NCBI GenBank assembly: GCA_035505375.1
Contig: DATJQV010000075.1
Location: 83,393 to 147,392, forward strand
DNA from: a bacterium
GTDB taxonomy: Bacteria > Hydrothermota > Tepidihabitantia > Tepidihabitantales > Tepidihabitantaceae
Direction of reading: 5' to 3'
Length of the DNA: 64,000 nucleotides
The notes under the pieces are model-generated. The model saw nothing but the letters and a program-made list of their open reading frames with translations, searched no databases and was not told where the DNA came from. Shown in pieces: positions 9,162 through 18,429 of this stretch (its first letter is position 1; each line of letters starts with the position of its first letter). The position numbers and the translations under genes were made by a program.

Positions 9162-10819
9162 TCATTGCCGTCCGGATTGCTGTTCGATTGCATCTGGGTC
9201 CGGACCAATGAACCACCGTCCGGATCTGGTCTTGCCCCGGCAATGAACGCGGTTCTCGGCCTTCAACTCGCGGAGCAATGTCTGCATTTGGGCGCGCGAC
9301 AGGCTCGGGTCATTCAGCGCGCCGAGCAACTCGCGGAGCGGGCTGCCCTGCCCCTTGAAGGCCTCCAGATGCTGTAGTACCAGCTCCTTCAACCGCGCCC
9401 GGTCCAGTCCCCGACGCCTTGTGTAGCCGGCCTTATCACCCATTGCCGCGTAGAGCTTCCTTGCCAACAGGTACTTCATGCCCCGGGCGCGTCCTGTAGT
9501 CTCAACCAACCCCATCTCCCTGAGTCCGGCCAGGCGCGGTGCCAGGTTTGCGGGAACCACCTCGCCGCGGCGCAGAAGGTCGAGCACCAACAGATCCTCC
9601 GTCTGGAACGAACGCACACGTTCAGCGCCTACACGTTCCAGAAACCGTAGGAATCCCTCGTCCTGCACTGCACCCTGAAGCGTAAGCATGACCTGGTGCT
9701 CGTCGGTGCCGTTGAAGTCGGGCAGAGGCTTACTCTCGCGGATGGCAGTCTCGTACATAACGTTGGCCCTTGCCCAGAACGTTCGACCAGGCCGCACTTC
9801 GCGAGCACCTCGGCAATGCGTCGGTTGCGTGGACTCTGCCTGTAGAGGATGTTGTCGCGGGTGATGCCGCTGGGAAACCCGCCCGGGCTGACTACTTCCA
9901 GTCGCCGTGGGTATTGTCGCACAAACACCGACTCGGCCATTCGGTAGTCGCGATGACTCACGGCGTTTAGCAGTGCCTCGCGTACCACGCGCTCGCTGAA
10001 CGTCGGAATGTCCCAGATGAACAGCCCGTCTTGGAAGTGCTGGCTGTCGTTACGCAGGTTGATGGTCTTCCACAACTCGTCATCGAACGAGAAGAACCCC
10101 TGTCTGTATTCCTTCCTGTCCTGCGCAGGCCCGGTCGCATCGCTGGAACGATACTCGAAGACAATCTCCGCTTGAGCAAGGTCCCGCCCGAGGGCCATGC
10201 GAGTACCCAGCAGGATCAACGCCGCGTAGGTCACGCGTCCGTCCACCAGAAGCTCCGCGTCCGACAGAAGCTGCCCAGTGGACATGCCAAGCAGGTCGGC
10301 GCGTCCCGACTTCCGGTTCCACCGCTCGCGCAGTCGCTCGATGGCAACCTGGTCGAGCGCGTCCAGCGTCGCCCCGGGGCATATCTCTGCCGAGAAATCC
10401 GGCCCGGTCTCATCGAAGATGCGCCGCAGCATGTCTTCCGTCATGGCGGTCAGGCTATCACCTGAGCGCATCCAGTAGACACCGTCGTACCGCAACGGTA
10501 CGCCGATCGGCCGGGACGGTACATCGAACACGACCACCCGTCCGTGTGGGTGCTGAACCTCGACGCCGTCAATCCGCAGGTGCAGTATCTGAGTCAGGTC
10601 GCACCTGCGGTGCTCCAAGTCGCGGAAAGCATCAGTACCGACCACGCGGCGCGGCTTGAGGTTCGTAACACCAAGGATGAGCTTGCCGCCACGCTCGTTG
10701 GCCAGGGCGCAGCAGTACTTCCGCAGTTTCTCGATGTTGAAGTCGTGCTCGGCCTTCTTGAACTCAAGATGCTCGTCTTCCTCCGTCAGAAGCAACTCGT
10801 TCAACTGCTCAGCGGTCAT
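9162..10819 (-). pseudogene. RecG-like/Schlafen AlbA_2 (divergent AAA) + HATPase-type putative transcriptional regulator, split by a frameshift near 9765-9778
   Basis: ORF 9629-10819 encodes the AlbA_2 N-domain and ATPase-like region and runs out of frame after ...CGLVERSGQG. ORF 9162-9797 (GTG start) continues the same protein family (ANVMYETAIRESKPLPDFNGTD...) in another frame. The junction lies in a GGG/CCC run. Confidence 0.65.
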
Positions 10820-10915
10820 CTACTTCATCTCCGCATACAGCCGCCCGTTCGCAGTTCTCCGGATTCACCAACGTCTCCGCATCCTCGTGGAGGATGTCCC
10901 CGCTAGTGAACTCCA

Positions 10916-12367
10916 TCACTCCTCGCCCTCCGCATCATGGCTTGCGAGAGCTTCCTCGTTCGCCTCCTCCAATTCCTCCGGCGCTTCCGCCTCCGGTTCC
11001 TCAACTTCCTCCGTCTCATCCGGCAGATTCGTGGCGGCTTCGCGCACGTCCAGTTTGCCTGTCACCACGTCCGCCACAAGCCGAGTCCGGTACTCGCGTA
11101 GAAGGAGCACCTCAGCCTCCACTCGGGCTATTGCGGCATCCAGCGCAGCGGTCTGTGCCGCTATGTGCTCAAGCAAGCTCTTCTGTTCCGCAATCCCCGG
11201 CAGCAGAATCGGAAACGCGCGCAAGGTTGTGCTGTTTGTAGAGGCGAGATTCGTGGTCTGCTTAGCTGTCAGTTGGAAGTAGGCACGCCCATGCATGGAC
11301 ACCATGAGGCCTTCAAGGAACTCGGGAATCATGATGTCCTGTCTGCAACGGACGGCGAAAATGTGATTCTGGTGCAGGCAGTTCGGAATCTCGTCATGCC
11401 ACACACAACCGCGGCCGAGCTCGTCGATGTCTCCTCCCTCGGTCATCAGAACGTCTCCAGCACGCAGCGTCGCGCCGGATGCCTCTTTCACAGGGACGCT
11501 GATGTGCTTGATATGTCCGAGGTCAAGGCGGCCGGCTTGAACGTTAGCCACGCGGAGGTAGGGTCGTGACTCAATGGTGACTCCTTCGTAGCGCTTCCCA
11601 AGTGTTAGTCCGGTCTGCACGGTCGCCGCGTCTTTGAGCCGAGCAATTCTCCAATGCTCAGGTATGCCTCCCAGCCAAGCGACCCCGGACGGTTTGTACT
11701 TTGGATACGGCTTCCCAGTGCGGACGTCAATCTGACCGGTCACGGCCTGGTGGATAATGGCTTGCTTCTGCTCGTTCAGCCGCGCAATCAGCCTCTGCTT
11801 CGCCCGGATGTACTTCCGAATCCGCCGGTCAACGTGGTCAAGGTAGCGCACGATGGCGGATTGCTCCGCCAGAGGCGGTTTGCACGATACGATCATCCTG
11901 AAGTGCTCGGGCCTGAGGCTCCACATATCTGACGTGATGCCGTAGGACCAACGTTCCGCCTCCTTGGCGAAAACCGGAGTTCGCATGAGGTAGTGGAAAT
12001 AGCGCGGACTCGATCCCTCGCGCGGGCGCTGCACGACGTATGCAGGGCTAACGATTCCACGTAGGTCGGACACTCCGACCGCACCTTGCCATGCCCGCAT
12101 CTTGTTGTAAGCGATGTCTCCGGGACGAACGAGCTTGTAGGCGGACTTGTCCAGATTCGAGCCGTCCTTCTTCGAGCTATCTGCCAGCAATGCTTGCTGA
12201 CGAATCACGCCCCTCGTGATAGTCACGGACAGCATCGGTTCGTCTGGATGGTCGCGCTCTTTGACTTCGGCGAAGAGGGCGCGGTTAGGCAACACATCCC
12301 AATGCTCCGGCACGTCTCCCAGCCACGGCACGCCGGAAGGCTTGTAGGATGGGTAGGGTGTTTTCAA
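10916..12367 (-). CDS. hsdS: type I restriction-modification specificity subunit (HsdS), two target-recognition domains
   Basis: Duplicated YPSYKPSGVPWLG / YPKYKPSGVAWLG motifs with conserved central and C-terminal coiled-coil spacers typical of HsdS. Confidence 0.85.
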   Translation of the reverse strand: MKTPYPSYKPSGVPWLGDVPEHWDVLPNRALFAEVKERDHPDEPMLSVTITRGVIRQQALLADSSKKDGSNLDKSAYKLVRPGDIAYNKMRAWQGAVGVSDLRGIVSPAYVVQRPREGSSPRYFHYLMRTPVFAKEAERWSYGITSDMWSLRPEHFRMIVSCKPPLAEQSAIVRYLDHVDRRIRKYIRAKQRLIARLNEQKQAIIHQAVTGQIDVRTGKPYPKYKPSGVAWLGGIPEHWRIARLKDAATVQTGLTLGKRYEGVTIESRPYLRVANVQAGRLDLGHIKHISVPVKEASGATLRAGDVLMTEGGDIDELGRGCVWHDEIPNCLHQNHIFAVRCRQDIMIPEFLEGLMVSMHGRAYFQLTAKQTTNLASTNSTTLRAFPILLPGIAEQKSLLEHIAAQTAALDAAIARVEAEVLLLREYRTRLVADVVTGKLDVREAATNLPDETEEVEEPEAEAPEELEEANEEALASHDAEGEE

Positions 12368-12373
12368 GCCTGT

Positions 12374-13312
12374 TTATTTCGCTATCGGAACGCCATACTG
12401 AAGAAGCAGGCTTTCAAGGTGCCGACCATCGATGAGCCTGACCATTTTCATCTCGGGGCGGTTGGCCTCCTTGATGGCCCCCGCGCTGAACTCCCCAGAC
12501 GTAACAACCATGCACTCGGCCGGGCCTGCGGCCCCTCTGATCTTCTGTATATCTGGAGCCTGCACTTTGGCCTTCCAGTGCTTCACCTGCACTTTGACGG
12601 CGACCGTGCCGCCCGAATCCAGCGGACGGTGTCCCTCGACATCTACTCCGCGGTCGTGCGTCGCTGGGGTCACGACGACGCGATCGTAGCCAACTGCCGA
12701 AAGGAGATCTCCCACCAGTTGTTCAAGTTGCGTTGGCGACAGGCTGCGCAATCCGGCCGGAGCCATTGGTGTGGCAGGAGCGCCTGCCTGTGAAGCTGGG
12801 CTGGGCGTGGACATGCCGACCAAACCCACTGCTCCCCCGGCAAGACGCACGAACCGGGGTTTCTCGCCGCGCGCGACGCGGTCTCGGGTGTCCTGATAGA
12901 CGCGCCCAAGAACCATGTTCTCAAACTTCCCGCTCCGCGAGGAGAACAGCTTCTGGCTGGTGATCTCTGCAGCCAACTCCTTCGCCGTCATAGGATGTCC
13001 AACGGACCGCAACACATGTTCTACGGCACCGAGTATCTTCATCGGCCCGCGTGGCACGGTCGTGACCGCCTCCCTGTCGGCAGGCTGCTCTGACGCCAGC
13101 CTGAACAAGCCGCCTCGTGAGCCGTGCCGAAAGCGCGAGGCGGAACCATTGCTCTTCGTGTCCGCGCATAGCCTCGACCCCACGACATGCCCGAAGTCCT
13201 TGGCGGTTGGCAGAAAGAGCTTCTGCGACACAATCCTCTTGGCGATCTCTCGGTAGTGCAGCTCGACTCGCGCTTGGGACAGCACTTCGTGGGCCGCGTC
13301 TAGAATCTCCAT
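12374..13312 (-). CDS. mrr: Mrr-like type IV restriction endonuclease with two N-terminal winged-helix (HARE-HTH / Mrr_N) domains and a C-terminal Mrr_cat PD-(D/E)xK domain
   Basis: Two repeats of a ~90-aa wHTH module. The C-terminal region has the D...(E/D)xK signature (DRGVDVEG...VKVQVKHW). Embedded between hsdS and hsdM, a known arrangement. Confidence 0.65.
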   Translation of the reverse strand: MEILDAAHEVLSQARVELHYREIAKRIVSQKLFLPTAKDFGHVVGSRLCADTKSNGSASRFRHGSRGGLFRLASEQPADREAVTTVPRGPMKILGAVEHVLRSVGHPMTAKELAAEITSQKLFSSRSGKFENMVLGRVYQDTRDRVARGEKPRFVRLAGGAVGLVGMSTPSPASQAGAPATPMAPAGLRSLSPTQLEQLVGDLLSAVGYDRVVVTPATHDRGVDVEGHRPLDSGGTVAVKVQVKHWKAKVQAPDIQKIRGAAGPAECMVVTSGEFSAGAIKEANRPEMKMVRLIDGRHLESLLLQYGVPIAK

Positions 13313-13429
13313 TGCGTTGCCTCCTTCGTCATCTCCGCAATCTCTTCCTCCGCTTTCGGGCTTCGTCTAGCTCATGGGGCGGCGGGCCAGCGTACATTGA
13401 GACCGTGCCTGCAAAGAACCGGCGCGGCG

Positions 13430-15556
13430 TCACTCCAACGCCTCCTTGAGCAATCCTTCGGTCTCCTTCTCCAGTGCCGCGATGTCGGCCTTGATCTCTT
13501 CAAGAGTCCGAAGCGGCTGGGGCTTGTAGAAGTAGCGGTTGAAGCTGATTTCGTAGCCAATCTTGGTCTTGGATTCGTCTATCCAGGCGTCCTTGGCATA
13601 AGGCAGGACCTGGCGTTGGATGAAGGCTTCGATGCCACCGTCTTCAAGCAAAGGCACTTGCTCGGTGTCGCGTAGCTCCGTATCCGGTTCGTACTCGACG
13701 GCATACTGCCTGCCGACAACCATGGCCTCGAACAGACCGCGCAGAGGATCCACCTTCGTCTTGAAGAGCGGGTACGCCTTCTTGACGACAGGCACCCCGT
13801 TCTCATCGCGCTCAGCCAGGTTGTTCTTGAGCAGGTTCTCTCGCTTCACGGGGAAGTAGAAATCTTCCTTCAGTGCTGCCTTGCGTGCTTCTGTCAGGAA
13901 GGCATTGAAGTCCATGTGCGGCCCTGAGCCGAGTGATTCGGCCAGCTTGTCGGCAAAGGCAGGCAGATCCTCGTCCTTGGCCTTGGCGCAGGCAAACTTG
14001 AGCCGCGCTCGGCTGGCGTGGTTGAACTCGACCTTGAGCCTCAGCGGACGCTCGACCGTGACCTTCCAGTAGCCGAAGGCCTCGTTCGGAAAGACCTTGG
14101 ACTGCTCGGTCTCTTTGAACTCAAGGAAGGTGTCGGCGATCCGCCTGATGTCAGCATCCGAGAGCCGGCAGTTCTTCTTGCCGAGGTTCTTTCGCAGAGG
14201 CTCGAACCACTGGGTCGCATCGATAAGCTGAACCTTGCCTTTGCGATGCTCGGGTTTGCGGTTGGAGAGGAGCCAGATGTAAGTGGCGATACCGGTGTTG
14301 TAGAAGATGTTGAGTGGGAGCGCGATTATCGCTTCCAGCCAGTCGTTCTCGATTATCCAACGCCGGATGTTACTCTCGCCCTGTCCCGCGTCGCCGGTGA
14401 AGAGCGACGAACCGTTATGGACCTCGGCGATGCGGCTGCCGAGCCTGGTGCCGACCTTCATCTTGCTGAGCATATTGGCAAGGAACATCATCTGGCCATC
14501 GCTGGAACGGGTCACGAGCGAATACTCCGGGTCGCCTGCGTGAGTGATGATGAATCGCGGGTCCTTGATGCTGTCCTTGCCGCCCATCTTCTCCATGTCG
14601 TTCTTCCAGCTCTTGCCGTAGGGCGGGTTGGAGAGCATGAAATCGAACTTCAGGCTGGCAAACCCGTCATGGGAAAGCGTGGACCCAAAGACGAAGTTGT
14701 CGGCCTCTTCACCCTCGCCCTTGAGCACCAGGTCTGCCTTGCTGATGGCATAGGTCTCGGGTTCGACTTCCTGACCGTAGAGGTGAATCGAGGGGTCCTT
14801 GCCGTGGTCCTTGGCCATATCGAGCAGACGTTGCTCGGACACGGTTAGCATCCCACCGGTCCCGCACGCGCCATCGTACACGAGGTACGCGCCGGACACG
14901 ACCTTGTCCGCCACCGGCTTAAGCACAAGGTCGGCCATGAGCGTTACAATGTCGCGGGGCGTGAAGTGCTCGCCTGCTTCTTCGTTGTTCTCTTCGTTGA
15001 ACCGGCGGATGAGTTCCTCGAAGATGGTGCCCATGCCGTGGTTGTCGAGTCCGGGCAGGCGCTCAGAGCCGTCACTGTTCAGCGCAGGCTTGGGGCTGAG
15101 GTTGATGGACGGGTCGAGGAACTTCTCAATCAGGCCGCCGAGGATGTCGGCTTCCACCAGAGTCGGCACCTGGTTGCGGAACTTGAACTTCTCGATTATC
15201 TCCTGGACGTTAGGCGAGAAGCCGTCGAGGTACGCCTCGAAGTCGGCCTTGAGTGTCTGCGCCCGGCCACGGGAGCGCAAGTCGCGAAGCATGAACGCAG
15301 AGGCGTTGTAGAACGACTGCCCGGCTGCCTGTCGCAGCGGCGCTTCCTGGCTGGAGATCTTCGACTTGTCGAGGCGATCCTTCATGTCGAGCACGGCCTT
15401 CTTGGTTGGCTCCAGCACGGCATCCAGCCGCCTGATGACCGTCATCGGCAGGATGACGTCGCGGTACTTGCCGCGTTTGTAATAGTCGCGGAGCACGTCA
15501 TCGGCGATGCCCCAGATGAAGTTGGCAATCCAGTCCAGTTGTGTCGGTTCCATCAC
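13430..15556 (-). CDS. hsdM: type I restriction-modification DNA methyltransferase subunit (HsdM, N6-adenine)
   Basis: HsdM N-terminal domain (MMEPTQLDWIANFIWGIADDVLRD...). SAM-binding region and catalytic NPPYG motif (LSNPPYGKSW). Confidence 0.9.
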   Translation of the reverse strand: MMEPTQLDWIANFIWGIADDVLRDYYKRGKYRDVILPMTVIRRLDAVLEPTKKAVLDMKDRLDKSKISSQEAPLRQAAGQSFYNASAFMLRDLRSRGRAQTLKADFEAYLDGFSPNVQEIIEKFKFRNQVPTLVEADILGGLIEKFLDPSINLSPKPALNSDGSERLPGLDNHGMGTIFEELIRRFNEENNEEAGEHFTPRDIVTLMADLVLKPVADKVVSGAYLVYDGACGTGGMLTVSEQRLLDMAKDHGKDPSIHLYGQEVEPETYAISKADLVLKGEGEEADNFVFGSTLSHDGFASLKFDFMLSNPPYGKSWKNDMEKMGGKDSIKDPRFIITHAGDPEYSLVTRSSDGQMMFLANMLSKMKVGTRLGSRIAEVHNGSSLFTGDAGQGESNIRRWIIENDWLEAIIALPLNIFYNTGIATYIWLLSNRKPEHRKGKVQLIDATQWFEPLRKNLGKKNCRLSDADIRRIADTFLEFKETEQSKVFPNEAFGYWKVTVERPLRLKVEFNHASRARLKFACAKAKDEDLPAFADKLAESLGSGPHMDFNAFLTEARKAALKEDFYFPVKRENLLKNNLAERDENGVPVVKKAYPLFKTKVDPLRGLFEAMVVGRQYAVEYEPDTELRDTEQVPLLEDGGIEAFIQRQVLPYAKDAWIDESKTKIGYEISFNRYFYKPQPLRTLEEIKADIAALEKETEGLLKEALE

Positions 15557-15715
15557 GAACCCTCTTTCTTACCGATAGGCCAGTCAATCACGCGGAGGTT
15601 ATAGCCGGAAAGCTCGCCGCAGTCAGGCGCGTGCCGTAGAACCTAGCAGTCGTCAGTGCCGCCGGGAGCGGCAGGGCTGTCGCTCTGTGGCAGATTCGTC
15701 GATTAGGCGTCCTCG

Positions 15716-16168
15716 CTAGCGACGTACCACCGGGAGGACAAGCGGCGGAAGGCCCATGCGCACGACAGTGCTTTGTACGTACTCGCGGAAGTATGGCCAA
15801 GTGTTCAGGGGGAGGTTGTTCGTGCAGAAGATCTGGAAGTAGTCCTTGGTCATCGGCTTTGCGACTCGGTATACGACCTCGAATGTGCAGCTGATTCGCA
15901 GTAGAGGTATCTTGGGTTCATCCTTGTACGCCGCCATGAAAACGCAGGTCTGAATAACCTTGCATGTTGCCTCGCCCTCCATCTGGAATGAGACTTTGTC
16001 TTCGATCCCCAGGTCCATCTCACGTTTGAAGTCGACTTTGTCTACGAGAAGCTCTGCGGATAGGGCCCGAGCCGCGATGTTCAGCAGATCGAGCCCCCGA
16101 ATGAACTCGGCATACTCCCTGGGGCTTACTTTCGGGCGTGCGGGCCGCTTGACCGCGGTTGCACTCAT
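15716..16168 (-). CDS. hypothetical protein, translationally coupled downstream of hicB
   Basis: Its start ATG overlaps the hicB stop by 4 nt (ATGA), with an AGGAAGG RBS. 150 aa with no recognisable family. Confidence 0.45.
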   Translation of the reverse strand: MSATAVKRPARPKVSPREYAEFIRGLDLLNIAARALSAELLVDKVDFKREMDLGIEDKVSFQMEGEATCKVIQTCVFMAAYKDEPKIPLLRISCTFEVVYRVAKPMTKDYFQIFCTNNLPLNTWPYFREYVQSTVVRMGLPPLVLPVVRR

Positions 16169-16725
16169 ATTGCCGCCTTCCTGTGGAAACTTATGTTGCC
16201 GGGGTCAGGGAGTGCGAACTCGCTGCCCCCGCATGATACACCGGCCAAACCCCTGAGCTGCTTGCGGGCGTTCCATGGATCACGAAGCACTATCTCTTCG
16301 AGGTCATCTCTCAAACGGTCAGCGGTGGACAGAGTTCTGGACAGACGAACGTCAAGCGCGTGCGTCACTACGCCCTGAGCGAGTACGACAGCCACAAACT
16401 GGTTTAGACTCGTTCCTTGCTCCTCTGCCTGTCTCGCAAGCTGGCGATGCAGAGCGGCCGGCAGGCGAACGACGAACTTGCCCGAGAATTCCCTTGCTTC
16501 CTCGGGCAGTGGTATCTCGATGTTTGACTGGTAGGCTTCCTCCAGCCAGAGTTCTCGCGCTTCCTTGATGTTGGCCATTGCCTCCTCTAGTGTTTCGCCT
16601 TGAGTCATACAGCCGGGCAGGTCCGGCACTGACACGAAGTACCCGCCTTCCTCCTGCTCATGCACCTGCACGGGATACTTCAGGTTCACGTAGTAGGCCA
16701 AGTCCTTCTCATTCCTGCGGTTCAT
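16165..16725 (-). CDS. hicB: HicB-family antitoxin with C-terminal extension
   Basis: N-terminal HicB/UPF0150 domain (YPVQVHEQEEGGYFVSVPDLPGCMTQGETLEEAMANIKEA). This is followed by an RHH-like DNA-binding segment (GKFVVRLPAALHRQLARQAEEQGTSLNQFV). Confidence 0.7.
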   Translation of the reverse strand: MNRRNEKDLAYYVNLKYPVQVHEQEEGGYFVSVPDLPGCMTQGETLEEAMANIKEARELWLEEAYQSNIEIPLPEEAREFSGKFVVRLPAALHRQLARQAEEQGTSLNQFVAVVLAQGVVTHALDVRLSRTLSTADRLRDDLEEIVLRDPWNARKQLRGLAGVSCGGSEFALPDPGNISFHRKAAI

Positions 16726-16957
16726 CTGTTGCCTCCAGGTCCAGCGTCGTGATAATGTCCTTTAAGTACGATTTCTTGTAGGATTTGCTGTGTGTGGCCA
16801 AGACGAGCCGGCGACCATTATCGCCCCAAATCTCGTGACTGCCTTTTGTTCTTCGCAGAGTCCATCCAAAGTGTTTGAGTATCGCTCGTACGTCTTGGCA
16901 TGCCATCTCGGCAGGCCTCGAAAGAAGTCGAGCGACGAGCTTCTTGACGCTGGACAA
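16709..16957 (-). CDS. hicA: HicA-family mRNA interferase toxin
   Basis: 82 aa with the conserved HicA core ...RTKGSHEIW... Overlaps hicB by 17 nt. Confidence 0.8.
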   Translation of the reverse strand: MSSVKKLVARLLSRPAEMACQDVRAILKHFGWTLRRTKGSHEIWGDNGRRLVLATHSKSYKKSYLKDIITTLDLEATDEPQE

Positions 16958-17289
16958 CGTCCCATGATACTACCCTTAGTATTAGATGTCAACATCGGAG
17001 TTGTGGATTCGTGTGGGCCCGCCATGAAATGGCCGGCTAGCCAGGTCCGCTGGTTTGGACACCTTCGCTGATCACGTGGAGTGTACCAGAGTGGTGTAGT
17101 GCCTTAGCCCGCAAGTTGAGCGGAAGCATTGGGCCTGGGGGCTAGCCTCTTCGGAACTCCAGGCAGGACATCTTGCCCAATGCTATGCGCCTCCGCCGGC
17201 CGCTGCGGAAGCACGATGGTCGACGTTGGCGGCTCTCGGTCACCCCCCCCTGCCCGAAGCCTGCAACCTGCGTTTGAGGTTTGCATTTC

Positions 17290-17530
17290 GCAGTTATCCA
17301 CGCGCTTCCGGTACAACAGCAATTATTAGCAAAAGAACCTGTTGCTGCTGTTGGGATGTGGATAATGTGGATAACTCACAATTTCTACCATTAGTAGTAT
17401 CAACCACTGTACACTACCACTAGTGGTTGATTATCCACATAGTTATCCACATCCTGTCCACATTCATCCACCATTTGGCCATTCCGGCCAGATACCACCT
17501 ATTGTATCCACCGAGTTATCCACACCACTA
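17290..17530. promoter_or_regulatory. cluster of DnaA boxes in a locally AT-rich segment (candidate replication origin or DnaA-titration/regulatory locus)
   Basis: Five perfect consensus boxes: TGTGGATAA x2 (17357-17365, 17366-17374) and TTATCCACA x3 (17431-17439, 17443-17451, 17516-17524). At least four 1-2-mismatch boxes (17294, 17454, 17464, 17504). The surrounding ~200 bp is markedly AT-rich relative to the window. A 9-bp inverted repeat TCAACCACT...AGTGGTTGA lies at 17399-17430. Confidence 0.6.
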
Positions 17531-17640
17531 CAGATAGGTGTTGACATTGGAGTCCTGTCCGGCATTGTTGGTTAATGACCGATGAGAAATCCGTTTCAGA
17601 CACCGGGCTATTCCCCGGGCAGTCCCGGGGCCTGCCCCCT

Positions 17641-17800
17641 AGCGAAGGCATGGGAGAAATCAGAATTCAGAGACCAGAAACCAGAATTCAGAATGCCCGG
17701 CCGGGGAAGTTCGAATAGGAAACCACGGATGGACACAGATGAACACGGATACGGCATCGGATAGAGCTGAATTCAGAGACCAGAAACCAGAATTCAGATA
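17641..17800. repeat. MITE-like dispersed repeat, inverted copy (right flank of island)
   Basis: The reverse complement matches 3953-4070 at ~95% over ~115 bp, including both CAGAGACCAGAATTCAGA termini. Confidence 0.6.
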
Positions 17801-17826
17801 CGCTGACGAAGAGCCAGGATGGCGGT

Positions 17827-18429
17827 TCAGCGCCTGCGTCGGCGCCGATCGCGAGCGACGAAGTCCGAGCCTGAGCCGGTGTGGCCGGGTTTGTCGTCGT
17901 CGGTGATGAATCCGATACGTTTCTTCCTTGGCGCAGGCGGCAGCATGAGCTGTTTGATAGTGGCAAAGACCACCTGGAAGTTCCGGTCGTGCGTGGCCAG
18001 CTTGCGTTCAAGTTCGGCGAGCTTGATGGCGAGCTGTCGCTGGTCGGCCAGCATGCGACGCATTCGTATGAACGCCCTCACCACAAAGACGCTGACATCG
18101 ACCGCCCGTTTGGATCGCAGGACGCTCGCGAGCATGACAGTTCCATGTTCCGTGAATGCGTAGGGGCGACTTGACGAGTGCCTGAGCGCCACCAACCGGT
18201 CGCATTTTGCGACCAGTTCATCCTTCTCATCGAGTGTCAACTCGAACATGAAACCTTCGGGGAATCGTTCCCGGTTGCGCCGGACTTGTTCCTTCAGTCG
18301 GCGGGTCGTGACGCCGTAGACTTCGGCCAGGTCGACGTCCAGCATGACACGTTCGCCACGTATCTCCAGAATGGCACTGTCTATTCGCTCGGCGGGGATG
18401 AGGTATCCGGAGTCTTTGGGCGCGGTCAC
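17827..18429 (-). CDS. ORF6N (KilA-N-like) DNA-binding domain protein
   Basis: The N-terminal ~110 aa matches the ORF6N/antirepressor-like fold (LEIRGERVMLDVDLAEVYGVTTRRLKEQVRRNRERFPEGFMFELT). Typical of phage/mobile-element cargo. Confidence 0.65.
   Translation of the reverse strand: MTAPKDSGYLIPAERIDSAILEIRGERVMLDVDLAEVYGVTTRRLKEQVRRNRERFPEGFMFELTLDEKDELVAKCDRLVALRHSSSRPYAFTEHGTVMLASVLRSKRAVDVSVFVVRAFIRMRRMLADQRQLAIKLAELERKLATHDRNFQVVFATIKQLMLPPAPRKKRIGFITDDDKPGHTGSGSDFVARDRRRRRR

Noticed and set aside
8861-9208. 115-aa minus-strand ORF between hsdR start and the RecG-like gene
   Set aside because: It has no RBS. Its composition looks non-coding (cgtt/gaat-rich), and part of it would overlap the C-terminus of the 9162-9797 segment. 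It is more likely the hsdR promoter region.
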